Part shown: positions 20,001-28,094 of the stretch, in pieces
Position numbering within the stretch: the first letter of the stretch is position 1
How the letters are laid out: each line of letters begins with the position of its first letter
Virus record (IMG/VR): IMGVR_UViG_3300050821_018642
Coordinates: 5,133-69,132 of that record
Length of the DNA: 64,000 nt
Reading direction: 5' to 3' (one strand)
DNA from: a virus
Position numbers and translations under genes: made by a program
Notes under the pieces: generated by a model
Told to the model about the DNA's origin: nothing
The model's database searches: none
Seen by the model: the letters and a program-made list of their open reading frames with translations, nothing else

Positions 20001-22845
20001 AGGCACTCTGGCGCAACAAGTGTTGCAAAATCCAAAGCAGACTATCGCCAATCGCGATTACTACACAGACAATTGGAAGGGCGGCGGCAATTCCGCTCCG
20101 GTACTACAAACTAGCAACACGGTGCCCTTCAACGGATCCACCACTTGCAACGCCGGAAGCGGCAATTACTCGTGCGGCGTAGGCGTAGGCACGCTGGCCA
20201 ACATACCGACTTCGTGCACCACGGGCGTGGCCTACTGGGCCATGGACCAGGGCAGTTGGAACCACGGCTGCGGCAACGGCGCACAAGGCGTATTGTACAA
20301 ATGCACGTCCACAAATTCTTGGAACGTGGGTTACACGCCATATACTTGTCCGCATCCGTTGGCCGGAGGCACGCCGCAAGCGTCGGTTCCATCTATCAAT
20401 CCGGCGACTGGCACGTACTCTTCTTCACAGACAGTAACCATGGCCTGTGCATCGCCCAGCCCGACCATCTATTACACGATAAACGGCTCCGTACCAACCA
20501 CTAGCTCCACCGTTTACTCCGGCTCGTTCAACGTCACGTCCACCACCAACGTACAGGCGATTTGCACGGCCTCGGGATACACGCAATCCAATACGGCCCA
20601 ATCCATCATAACGATAGGCACGCCGCAGACGGCCACACCCGTCGTATCGCCGGCAACCGGCACGTATCCGCGCGCGCAGACCGTAACCATTACCGACGCC
20701 ACCGGCGGATCCACCATTTACTACACCACCAACGGGACCACGCCAACCACCGGTTCCACGCAATATACCGGATCGTTCGCGCTGTCAACCACCGCGAACG
20801 TGCAGGCCATAGCCGTAGCTTCTGGCTATTCGCAAAGCGCAGTAGGTAGCTCCAACATCACCATCACGTCCGCGATTACGATCGACGGAGGAGGCACCGC
20901 GCATTGCTTCGCGGTGGGCACAAGCTGCGCGACCGGCACGGCGGTCGCCGGGGACGCCATCTTAGTGGACGCTTCGGATCGCAACGGCACGATTACTAGC
21001 ATCTCAGACGGTACAAATACCTATCATCAACTGAGCTACGTACAGGACGCGGCAAACCCGGCTTGGGGTGGTCAGTGGGTTGCTTGCAACGTCGCAGCTG
21101 GTACATACACTGTCACAGTGAACGGTACTGGTGGCGCATACGAATGGGTCAATGTACACGCCAAGGTGCTAGCGAATACGTTGGCCAATTCCGTTTGTTA
21201 CGACACTGGTCCGGTCACACAAACCAGCGTATCCACCAGTTCCACACCGACGTGTGGTAGTGTCCAGGCACCAACTGGAAATTCAGAATGGGTAGAAGCT
21301 TACCTAGTTCCAGATGGAGCCTTCGCATCATCCACGGCCGGAGCCAATTACACCATTCTGGACGCCGTATTGGGCGGCGTCAACAATTCGGCCATCCCAG
21401 AGTACTGGAATCAGACCACGGCTACCGCAACTAACGGACCGCAGACCATAGCTAGCTCCGTAGATTACTTGAACGTCTGCACCGCCATACTACCCGTCGC
21501 AGCGGTAACACCAACGTGCGCCATTCCGACGCAGCTGGGACCGCCGTACAGCTACTCTGGCAACGGACCAGGACCGGGCGGCGCTTATTACGTTCCGCCC
21601 GCCGTGAGCGTGGGCTTCAACTCCGCCACGCCTGGATGCACGTTGCACGCCACGTTCAACGGTACCACCGCTAGCTGCGCCAGTCCAGTGTACGGCGGTA
21701 CGTCGTCGCTTACCGCCACGACGCCCATAAGCACCATCGCTTGCGGCGCTGGGTTCAATCCTTCCGCCAACAGCGGCGGAGTGTGGGATATAATCAACAC
21801 CGTAGCGGCTACGCCGACCCTGTCGCCTATCACCGGCACTTACGGCTCGGCGCAGACGGTTACGATAAGCGACACCACTCCTTCTTCCACCATCTACTAC
21901 ACGACGAACGGAAACATACCAACCACTTCCAGCGCCGTGTACACAGCGTCACTCACGGTCAGTTCTAACACCGTGGTCAATGCGATAGCCGCTGCGTCCG
22001 GCTATGCGAACTCGGCCGTGGGAAGCGCTACTTACACGATACTCGCTGCCACGCCAGCATTCTCGCCGGCAGGTGGTATGTACGCCACGTCGCAAGTGGT
22101 CACAATTACCACCACGACGCCTTCAGCCACCATCTACTATACCACCAACGGCAGCACGCCTACTACTTCCAGCGCCGTATACACAACACCGTTGACGGTG
22201 AGCTCCAGCCAAACATTACGCGCGATAACGGTGGCCACCAACTACGCCCAGAGCGCAGTCGGCAACGCCACTTACACTATCGGAACTGTAGTGGCTACGC
22301 CGTCCCTGTCGCCAGCTAGTGGATCATACACTTCCGCTCAGACGGTTACGATAACGGACGGCACCATCGGCTCCACCATCTACTACACCACTAACGGCAC
22401 CGTGCCTACGACGGCTAGCACCGTATACACAGCGCCGTTCACTGTAAGCGTAACCAGCACCGTGAACGCCATAGCCACGGCCAGCGGATACGTACAAAGT
22501 GCCGTCGGGAGCGCCACTTACACCATAGCGACTCCGGCCGCCACGCCCACGTTCTCACCAGTGGCGGGCACCTACGGATCTGCGCAGACCGTGACCATAA
22601 GCGATACCACGCCTTCGCCTACCATCCACTACACCACCGACGGCAGCACGCCCACTACCTCCAGTCCGGTTTACAGTACGCCGCTGACCATAGCCTCTAC
22701 AGCCACTGTGAAGGCTATAGCAACCGCCAGCGGATACACGCAAAGCGCAGTAGGAACGGCGCTGTACACCATCAACTCGACGCCAGCGCCGCCGACGTTG
22801 ACTGGTGGTACTACTACCATGGGTGGTTCGGCTAATCATAATTGA
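17014..22845 (+). CDS. giant secreted fibre/depolymerase-like protein (1943 aa) with six chitobiase-C-like repeats
   Basis: RBS AAGGAG 7 nt before TTG start; signal peptide MRKFLTVLFLFCVFGMARA|QG; two paralogous ~500-aa modules followed by six ~80-aa CHB_HEX_C-like repeats (TIYYTTNG...P). Confidence 0.6.
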   Translation: MRKFLTVLFLFCVFGMARAQGTYTAASCNTADVNAVINGPTHNAVNGDTIVIPAGNCTWTSGIAISGVGISILGSGTPNTGPSTFGAGTSTTVISSNISGGASALFNVSGLSYGQFTRISLINFASETNTNPTTGVGALIFSGTCTTSGCANLRLDNLTFGPTWNGAYLPAGSIVFTFGMTGVADHNSINGPDGQAPYFINANQGSWQGVGQYGDNSWYAPDTMGTAQAMYFENNVFDSGTASEGDFGETVAGGGRYVCRFNKFSDVATEAVSCGGHGTSSGGRPRGMRQMEAYGNTMVCTSSAGCEGPLSFNSGTGYVFGNNWSSTGSGFFNGYSSINAQRSAGTGWPIPWNDCDGTGPYDLNSGGSAVACIDQPGRGTATVLLSGFTPSPTGWVGEPIAPIYEFTDTVTGGFTTPMFTGSSTLAANRDFYYEGTNQAAQTSTSVPFNGSTGTGHGALAMMPTTCTTGVGYFATDQGSWNTSGNGFGQGVFYKCTSTNTWNVAYTPYTYPHPLTAAASNVYTAASAAYTDVNAVINGPTHVAVNGDIIQIPCSGNVYVTWTNTLTISASITLTALGASPNSGPSTVGAGTNCLTIIDDVTSGWMFYLTPTYAAANNVTTLQNFNIDPISTTTALYTPITMEGTGTSSGMPQVRIDNIVFGKATPWSGATNSSNATRMLNVDNVVGVADHNTIAPGNNVYFYEGQMSSYLGVGQLGDNSWAQPDSMGGANNWFTENNVFNTTGNASYNDCTEGGPSVSESGGCRVVNRFNNIVTSNSFQITSVHGLDTTGRVRSARHTETYGNTESCSGNCQDLATFRGGTGMVWGNKAVNVNPGGSYWNQIFDLTTYRLVFNSNPWGYCGGLTSLDPFDTVDNTVYYSGTMSASNGSLTMTDSSKSFPNLIPLGMPYSVYDTTQGFVSQVVSNTATTITVMGNIPESSWTGFNNGDGYQIIRATVCMDQSGRGQGNLISGSTPTPSAPINEALDPIYEWNDSFPVGTLAQQVLQNPKQTIANRDYYTDNWKGGGNSAPVLQTSNTVPFNGSTTCNAGSGNYSCGVGVGTLANIPTSCTTGVAYWAMDQGSWNHGCGNGAQGVLYKCTSTNSWNVGYTPYTCPHPLAGGTPQASVPSINPATGTYSSSQTVTMACASPSPTIYYTINGSVPTTSSTVYSGSFNVTSTTNVQAICTASGYTQSNTAQSIITIGTPQTATPVVSPATGTYPRAQTVTITDATGGSTIYYTTNGTTPTTGSTQYTGSFALSTTANVQAIAVASGYSQSAVGSSNITITSAITIDGGGTAHCFAVGTSCATGTAVAGDAILVDASDRNGTITSISDGTNTYHQLSYVQDAANPAWGGQWVACNVAAGTYTVTVNGTGGAYEWVNVHAKVLANTLANSVCYDTGPVTQTSVSTSSTPTCGSVQAPTGNSEWVEAYLVPDGAFASSTAGANYTILDAVLGGVNNSAIPEYWNQTTATATNGPQTIASSVDYLNVCTAILPVAAVTPTCAIPTQLGPPYSYSGNGPGPGGAYYVPPAVSVGFNSATPGCTLHATFNGTTASCASPVYGGTSSLTATTPISTIACGAGFNPSANSGGVWDIINTVAATPTLSPITGTYGSAQTVTISDTTPSSTIYYTTNGNIPTTSSAVYTASLTVSSNTVVNAIAAASGYANSAVGSATYTILAATPAFSPAGGMYATSQVVTITTTTPSATIYYTTNGSTPTTSSAVYTTPLTVSSSQTLRAITVATNYAQSAVGNATYTIGTVVATPSLSPASGSYTSAQTVTITDGTIGSTIYYTTNGTVPTTASTVYTAPFTVSVTSTVNAIATASGYVQSAVGSATYTIATPAATPTFSPVAGTYGSAQTVTISDTTPSPTIHYTTDGSTPTTSSPVYSTPLTIASTATVKAIATASGYTQSAVGTALYTINSTPAPPTLTGGTTTMGGSANHN
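20380..20870 (+). repeat. intragenic tandem repeats 1-2 (chitobiase/hexosaminidase C-terminal-like, ~80 aa each)
   Basis: Units share P(A/T)TG(T/S)Y...QTVT(I/M)....TIYYTTNG..PTT.S..Y...(F/L).(V/L). Confidence 0.55.
21800..22775 (+). repeat. intragenic tandem repeats 3-6 (chitobiase/hexosaminidase C-terminal-like)
   Basis: Four consecutive ~80-aa units, each ending GY.QSAVG.ATYTI. Confidence 0.55.
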
Positions 22846-22861
22846 CAAGGAGATGCCCTCG

Positions 22862-23248
22862 ATGCGAATCATTTGCATTGCGTTGTCGTTCCTCATCGCG
22901 ACCATGGTGTGTCGTTCGCAAAACGCCGTAACGCTCAGTGGAACCGCGCCCGCGTCCTGTAGCGGTCAATCTTGCTCGTTTGTATTCAGTCGTGTGACGT
23001 TAGTTACTGGCTCCGTGGCCTGCCCTGGCAATACCAGTACCACGTACAAGCCACTGAACGCCTCGTCGCCGTCTTGCTCGCCATTGTACCTGGATACTAC
23101 GGCTGCGGGACTTACAACCTGCTACGTAATGCGCGTGATGCAGAATGGCGCGGTCGTAGGCCAACCATCCAACAGTGTCGGACCGTTCGTACTGCCGAAG
23201 GTCGCGGCGGCATCTAGTAAACAAATCGCAAAGGAGACGAAGCAATGA
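22862..23248 (+). CDS. small secreted Cys-rich protein
   Basis: RBS AAGGAG 9 nt before ATG 22862; signal peptide MRIICIALSFLIATMVC; sits between the fibre and holin genes. Confidence 0.4.
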   Translation: MRIICIALSFLIATMVCRSQNAVTLSGTAPASCSGQSCSFVFSRVTLVTGSVACPGNTSTTYKPLNASSPSCSPLYLDTTAAGLTTCYVMRVMQNGAVVGQPSNSVGPFVLPKVAAASSKQIAKETKQ

Positions 23249-23481
23249 ATTTTCTAAAGCAATTGTGGCTGAGCGTACGTAGCAATCCGTATTTCGTGGC
23301 GGCGTACAGCGCCGCCGGAGGAGCCGTCGTAGACCTGCTGTACGACGAACTTCAAACCGGGCAGATGGATTTTTCGCGAGCCGGTATTCACAAACTGCTG
23401 ACCGCCGCTGGCGGCGCTGTATTGGTGGCTTTGATGCATCTGTACCGTCCCGCGCCCCAAGTAGCCGCTTCGAAGAAGTAG
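23245..23481 (+). CDS. putative holin
   Basis: 78 aa with two hydrophobic segments; RBS AAGGAG; precedes the lysis enzymes. Confidence 0.4.
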   Translation: MNFLKQLWLSVRSNPYFVAAYSAAGGAVVDLLYDELQTGQMDFSRAGIHKLLTAAGGAVLVALMHLYRPAPQVAASKK

Positions 23482-23490
23482 GAGAATACG

Positions 23491-24180
23491 ATGCCGAGAT
23501 TTAGAGGAGCACTACCATCACCGAGGCACCGCCTTGCAGCTGCGCATCCACACGTGGCTACCACACTTACACCGCCGCAGTTTTTGTGGCAGCCAAAACA
23601 AATCTCAATGTGGGGCAACGACACCTACGGTGATTGCACCGTGGCCGAGGAAGCCTTCGCGAAGAGCGCTACTGCTGACATCTTCGTTCCAGACGCTGAA
23701 GTAATTCAGTGGGCTCAGCAGAACGGTGCTATTAATGGCGATACCCTCATCGATGTCTTGGATAAGATGGGAACTGGCGGTTTCGTACTCGGCAGCAGTA
23801 CGTACGACGACGGTCCGGCGGTGTCCGTGGATTGGACCGTGGCTGCCAACATCCAGAATGCCATTTCACAAGGTCCTGTGAAGATCGGCGTAGCCGCTGC
23901 GCAACTGGAAAACGTCGTACCGGAGCCACCGATCAACGGCTGGTTGGCTACCGGATTCACACAGGATCAGAATCTGGATCACTGTGTGTCGTTGTGCGGT
24001 TACGGATCCATCGCCTGGCTGCTGGAGCAATTGGGCGGCACGCTGCCGAGCGGCGTGGACGGTACGCAGCCTGGTTACGGTCTGTTCACGTGGGATTCCA
24101 TCGGCGTGTTGGACGTACCTAGCCTACTGGCGATTTGCGGCGAGGCGTGGTTGAGAAATCCCACCACGCTCGTGAAATGA
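23491..24180 (+). CDS. papain-like cysteine peptidase (Cys/His dyad)
   Basis: RBS AGGAGAA; YGDCTVAEEA (nucleophile Cys context) and LDHCVSLCGYG (His followed by GYG as in papain/C39). Confidence 0.4.
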   Translation: MPRFRGALPSPRHRLAAAHPHVATTLTPPQFLWQPKQISMWGNDTYGDCTVAEEAFAKSATADIFVPDAEVIQWAQQNGAINGDTLIDVLDKMGTGGFVLGSSTYDDGPAVSVDWTVAANIQNAISQGPVKIGVAAAQLENVVPEPPINGWLATGFTQDQNLDHCVSLCGYGSIAWLLEQLGGTLPSGVDGTQPGYGLFTWDSIGVLDVPSLLAICGEAWLRNPTTLVK

Positions 24181-24698
24181 AGTACGAAGACCTACGCTCG
24201 ACGATTCGAACCGGCGACGTGCTGGGTTATCACGGTACCGAGTGGACTGGGCGCATCATTGAGTTCTTAACGGGCAAGAAAGACCCTACGGCCTGGAGCC
24301 ACGTCGCGTTGTTCTACTGGAACAGCCTAGGACTGTGGTTGGCCCAAGAATACGAGGGCGTCGGGTTCGGATGCTATCCGGCTTCGCAGCTGATTGGCAA
24401 ATTCATTCGGGAGCACGGCACTTGCTACTTGGGGCGCGCTCCCGAATCGGTCACAGGCAGGGCTGGATCGGTGCTGAACTTCATAGCTAAATACCGCGTT
24501 ACTCCCAGTCTGCGTCCGTACGGCTACGGTACGTTGTTGCGAGTCCTGCTGGATGAACGCACTAATCCGGATAACGTACAGGCCGTATGCAGCGTATTCG
24601 ACCAACAGGCTTGGGAAGCTTGCGGATACGTGTTCCCGCGCTTGTTCGCGCCGGAAGATTTCAAGACGGTGGTGACTGAAGTAGTTACCATAGAGTAG
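24177..24698 (+). CDS. circularly permuted NlpC/P60-like (YiiX-like) hydrolase
   Basis: ATGA overlap; His in WSHVALFY precedes the Cys in AVCSVFDQQ (C-S-x-F motif of permuted papain-fold amidases). Confidence 0.35.
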   Translation: MKYEDLRSTIRTGDVLGYHGTEWTGRIIEFLTGKKDPTAWSHVALFYWNSLGLWLAQEYEGVGFGCYPASQLIGKFIREHGTCYLGRAPESVTGRAGSVLNFIAKYRVTPSLRPYGYGTLLRVLLDERTNPDNVQAVCSVFDQQAWEACGYVFPRLFAPEDFKTVVTEVVTIE

Positions 24699-24744
24699 TA
24701 GACACCGCCGCTCTCGCGGCCACAACCCGGCAAGGAGCATGCGA

Positions 24745-25305
24745 ATGAAAATGTTTCTGAAGAAGCACTTCACCACAGCCAAGCTTGGCGTAGTAGCGTT
24801 GAATCTTGTTTTGCTGATGGGCTTGTTGGTGATTCCCACCACCACTACTGGATGTAGCGGTAGTCAAGTAGTGAACGAAATCAACGTGGTACTGCAGGAA
24901 GCCGCATCGGTACTAGCCGTAGCCGAACCGAATTCGCCGTGGGTACCTGAGTTGAAGCAAGCCATCGCCGCCCTCATGACCGCTGAGCAACAGTGGCAGA
25001 CCGGCGGAACCGTGCAGATCGTGATTGACGCGCTCAATACCATCGTGGCCATTACCGCAGTGATTCCAATCACGTCCGTGTATTCGCCGCTTATCGACGT
25101 GTTGGTCGCCGGCATAGAGGCTATACTAGCCGCATTGCCGCAATCTAGCACGATGACTGCCGTGCGGGCCACTCCACAGGCCAATCCGCACGTCAACGCT
25201 TACAAGCTGCAACATCACTTCCTGCATTCTCCGGCCGGAAATTTCAAACTCAATTGGAATGATGTTGCTAAGGCGCACAACCTTTACTCGGCTGTGCTGC
25301 AGTAG
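24745..25305 (+). CDS. lipoprotein (spanin candidate)
   Basis: RBS AAGGAG 7 nt before ATG 24745; signal peptide and lipobox-like LVIPTTTTGC. Confidence 0.4.
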   Translation: MKMFLKKHFTTAKLGVVALNLVLLMGLLVIPTTTTGCSGSQVVNEINVVLQEAASVLAVAEPNSPWVPELKQAIAALMTAEQQWQTGGTVQIVIDALNTIVAITAVIPITSVYSPLIDVLVAGIEAILAALPQSSTMTAVRATPQANPHVNAYKLQHHFLHSPAGNFKLNWNDVAKAHNLYSAVLQ

Positions 25306-25307
25306 AT

Positions 25308-25565
25308 ATGGTCAATCAATCTTACACACCAGTCAGTGCCGAGCGCTGGGCGGACATCAAGAATGAGTTCGCCCAGCAAGCAGGCGTGACGATTACCACC
25401 GACACAGGCGCTGCCGTCTCACACGGCGTTCACTTCAGTTGGGCCTATGGTGGAGATGCACTAGCTATTACTGTGGACAGTGTACCGTGGGCTTTGAAGA
25501 TGGTAGGGCTGTCGGAACAGGCCGTACTGGACAAATTTAGTACGTGGATCAACGGAGTTCAGTAG
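25308..25565 (+). CDS. hypothetical protein
   Basis: 85-aa ORF inside the lysis cassette. Confidence 0.35.
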   Translation: MVNQSYTPVSAERWADIKNEFAQQAGVTITTDTGAAVSHGVHFSWAYGGDALAITVDSVPWALKMVGLSEQAVLDKFSTWINGVQ

Positions 25566-25963
25566 TGACCATACAGGACCAGGTAATCGGTGCGCTGTGC
25601 TGTTGGCGTGAGAACCGCGGCGGTGGTGTACTTGGCATGCAGTCGGTGATGAATGTTCTGGTTAATCGTGCGACAAAACGATTGACTGATGTATACACTG
25701 AAGCCACACGCCGATTGCAATTTTCATCCATGACCGCAGCGGGCGATCCAAACCTGATTCTCTATCCATCTCCGCAAGATCCGCAAGGTTGGAGCGCGTG
25801 GTTGGAGGCGTTGACCATCGCAGGTGAAGCAGCTGCCGGTAGCCTGGAAGACATCACCGAGGGCGCTACCAGCTACTACGCCACTTCAATGACTACGCCT
25901 CCGTACTGGGCTTCCAGTATGACCAGAACAGTCACTATCGCAAATCAAATATTCTTCAAGTAA
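25565..25963 (+). CDS. SleB/CwlJ-type cell wall hydrolase (endolysin)
   Basis: GTG overlapping the upstream TAG (TAGTG) with GGAG 7 nt upstream; IGALCCWRENRGGGVLGMQSVMNVLVNRA and QFSSMT match the Hydrolase_2 signature. Confidence 0.55.
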   Translation: MTIQDQVIGALCCWRENRGGGVLGMQSVMNVLVNRATKRLTDVYTEATRRLQFSSMTAAGDPNLILYPSPQDPQGWSAWLEALTIAGEAAAGSLEDITEGATSYYATSMTTPPYWASSMTRTVTIANQIFFK

Positions 25964-25974
25964 ATTTACTGGGG

Positions 25975-26031
25975 CAGCCCAGCGGCGCATCGGCTCGAAT
26001 CATTCGAGTCAAGCGCCGCTGGGCTATTTTT
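25975..26031 (+). terminator. rho-independent terminator of the late (+) operon
   Basis: Stem cagcccagcggcgc / gcgccgctgggct with a nested ctcgaat/attcgag hairpin, followed by ATTTTT. Confidence 0.45.
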
Positions 26032-26104
26032 GCGTCTATAGGGTCCATTTTGGACCAAAAACAACCCCAAATCGCCCTGGCTACGATGGTTTCAGGACTT
26101 TTGG

Positions 26105-26135
26105 AGTGGGTTTAACCACCCAAAACCGGCTGAAT
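26105..26135 (-). terminator. rho-independent terminator of the early (-) operon
   Basis: Stem cggct/agccg just past the last - strand stop; on the - strand it is followed by GTTTTGGGT. Confidence 0.35.
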
Positions 26136-26141
26136 AGCCGT

Positions 26142-26471
26142 TTATAGACGTTGCACAGGCGGAAGGGCTAATACGCCGCGCAATTTGGTTAGGAAGCTCT
26201 GCGCTTTATCCAGGTCTTCCAGACCATTCTTCTGGAGCCAGCGTAGGATGTAGCGACAGATCTGCGACTCCAGGTATGGCATTCTGGCGAAGAGATCCCA
26301 ATGCTGTATCTCCTTACCACAATGTGGGCACTGACCACTGCATGCTGTGTAGTGCGTACCACCGACTTGCTGCACTACCGCTCCTTGCGTTTCCTTTTCC
26401 ACCGCCGCTACCAACATGCGACGCGTACTAGACTTCGTAGATGTCGAATCTTGATGAGCCTTCTTGACCAC
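26142..26471 (-). CDS. DUF3310-like phage protein
   Basis: QVGGTHYTA...CPHCG...HWDLF...PYLESQICRYILRW..KNG.EDL.KA matches my memory of the DUF3310 signature. Confidence 0.45.
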   Translation of the reverse strand: MVKKAHQDSTSTKSSTRRMLVAAVEKETQGAVVQQVGGTHYTACSGQCPHCGKEIQHWDLFARMPYLESQICRYILRWLQKNGLEDLDKAQSFLTKLRGVLALPPVQRL

Positions 26472-26991
26472 AGCATTCCTCCCATGTAGTGTATACAGCG
26501 TGAATGACCTCGGCTTCCAACGGACTCAACGTGTCGTCCGGGAATGTACGACGGATGTAGTCCTTCCACCGTCGTACGCTGAAGTTCACTTTGCGATTCC
26601 CCATAGCGCGCTCGTCGCAACACCAAAGAATACCGTCCAAGCGATCAGCAAGATCCAGTATACGTCGCTCTTCGAGCGTCAACGGAAATAGCAGATCATA
26701 CTTGGACAGAGTATCAGTTTCCAACTTCTCGAATTTTGCTGAAAACTCTGGGCCCATTTCCCACTTGAACGGTGCTGGCATATCACCGGAAGCTTGCTCG
26801 GCTAGATCGTGCGTGGCTGCCATCATCAGTAGATTGGAGCTAGGCATACCATCGCTTAGAAAGAACACCAGCAGAATAACGCCGTGTTGATGTTGTGCGT
26901 TGGTATTACGTAGAATACCCATACGCGTATGGAATCGCGTTACCAGACCGCCTTCGTGTGCGAACTGTATACGCTCTTTGATTGACTTCAC
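26428..26991 (-). CDS. HD-domain phosphohydrolase (YfbR-like 5'-deoxynucleotidase candidate)
   Basis: H...H(x21)HD...E...GD metal-binding motif spacing: HTRMGILRNTNAQHQHGVILLV...ATHDLAEQASGD. Confidence 0.55.
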   Translation of the reverse strand: MKSIKERIQFAHEGGLVTRFHTRMGILRNTNAQHQHGVILLVFFLSDGMPSSNLLMMAATHDLAEQASGDMPAPFKWEMGPEFSAKFEKLETDTLSKYDLLFPLTLEERRILDLADRLDGILWCCDERAMGNRKVNFSVRRWKDYIRRTFPDDTLSPLEAEVIHAVYTTWEECCGQEGSSRFDIYEV

Positions 26992-28094
26992 TTCTGCCTC
27001 CGCTCAATCCACTCATTACACGCGCGCTTCCAATCCGGCGCTTCTATACCGTCAAGACAGGTGAACATACTGTATGAATCTTTCCATTTGCGATACGTCC
27101 AGGTTAGGAACATCGGAATAGCAACGGTCTCCATGAAAGCTGTATTCATGGGCGGTACGTTGAACGCCGCTTCCCACGCCGCTGGTGTCGGGTCGTTGAT
27201 ACCTACAGTATCAGGCGGTTGTGGTTGACGTATAAGACCGCGCGCCCACGTCATGAACTTCGATAGGTCCTCATCGAAGCCGGGTTCCAGCGCCGGACCC
27301 ATGTCTGGAAGCTTACCTAGTGAATCGCTCTCCAGCGCAATTTGTTCCAGCTTCTCTCGGTTAAAGACATCGGTATAGACATGAAAGTTGTTACTAAACT
27401 GCCGATACACACCCATCGGAATGCCGATGCGCATTGCCATGTACTCGTGGAAGAAACTGAAGTGCACGGCGTTGGCTCCGTAGCAACCCCATATGATGTC
27501 ATTGCTGCGATTGCATACGGTAATATTCAACTTCCCACCGCGACAATCCAGATATACGTGCGTATTGCACGGAACATCCAGACCACCGTGGGTGGCTACC
27601 TGTAGGTCGTGGTCATGTAGATCTGGATTGTCGCGATTCATCGTGCGATTCTGATCGTAATCCCCGGCTCCAGGCCAAGCATTCCACATCGTCAGCACAC
27701 ATCGCCTGGATTTAGGGTCTTTCTTTAACTCTGCTATGATGGCCTCCAGCTGGTCCCAGCCGAAGAAGTTGCGCCAACGCCAGCCGTATGCACCCCACGA
27801 TGTAACGCCGTCGTCGCTATAGGCGCGCATCTGCTTAGCGAAGTATTCGACGAACTCTACGTCGTTGGCACCGCTGAGAATCCAGAGCGATTCCATAACG
27901 TGGAAGAAAGGATTTGCATCACGTAGCGGGCTGAATAGCACGCGGCGACGTGGGTTTACGTACTCCGTAAGCACTGGACCCGGTGCAACGATCACCGAGC
28001 CATTGCGCGATTGTTCCTCTACGCCTTCACGTAGAAGATAGTTGATGCCGATCTGTAATGCGGCATTTACATCATCGGTCTTAAAGCTATACAT
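26988..28094 (-). CDS. thymidylate synthase-family enzyme (dUMP hydroxymethylase candidate)
   Basis: Aligns to ThyA along its length: ESLWILSG, YGWRWRNFFGWDQLEAII..LK.DPKSRRCVLTMWN, VPCNTHVYL..GGKL..CNRSNDIIWG.YGAN. His147 of ThyA is replaced by Asn, and there is a ~100-aa C-terminal extension. Start ATG at 28094 has a GAGGAG RBS. Confidence 0.65.
   Translation of the reverse strand: MYSFKTDDVNAALQIGINYLLREGVEEQSRNGSVIVAPGPVLTEYVNPRRRVLFSPLRDANPFFHVMESLWILSGANDVEFVEYFAKQMRAYSDDGVTSWGAYGWRWRNFFGWDQLEAIIAELKKDPKSRRCVLTMWNAWPGAGDYDQNRTMNRDNPDLHDHDLQVATHGGLDVPCNTHVYLDCRGGKLNITVCNRSNDIIWGCYGANAVHFSFFHEYMAMRIGIPMGVYRQFSNNFHVYTDVFNREKLEQIALESDSLGKLPDMGPALEPGFDEDLSKFMTWARGLIRQPQPPDTVGINDPTPAAWEAAFNVPPMNTAFMETVAIPMFLTWTYRKWKDSYSMFTCLDGIEAPDWKRACNEWIERRQK

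Noticed and set aside
12193-22845. Possibility that the two giant signal-peptide proteins are host genes marking a prophage boundary
   Set aside because: They are co-oriented and tightly spaced with the baseplate genes upstream and with the holin and endolysin genes downstream. Their GC and codon usage match the phage.
25960-26145. tRNA or attP in the inter-module gap
   Set aside because: Only terminator-type hairpins were found. I could not fold a cloverleaf, and there are no direct repeats suggestive of att within the window.
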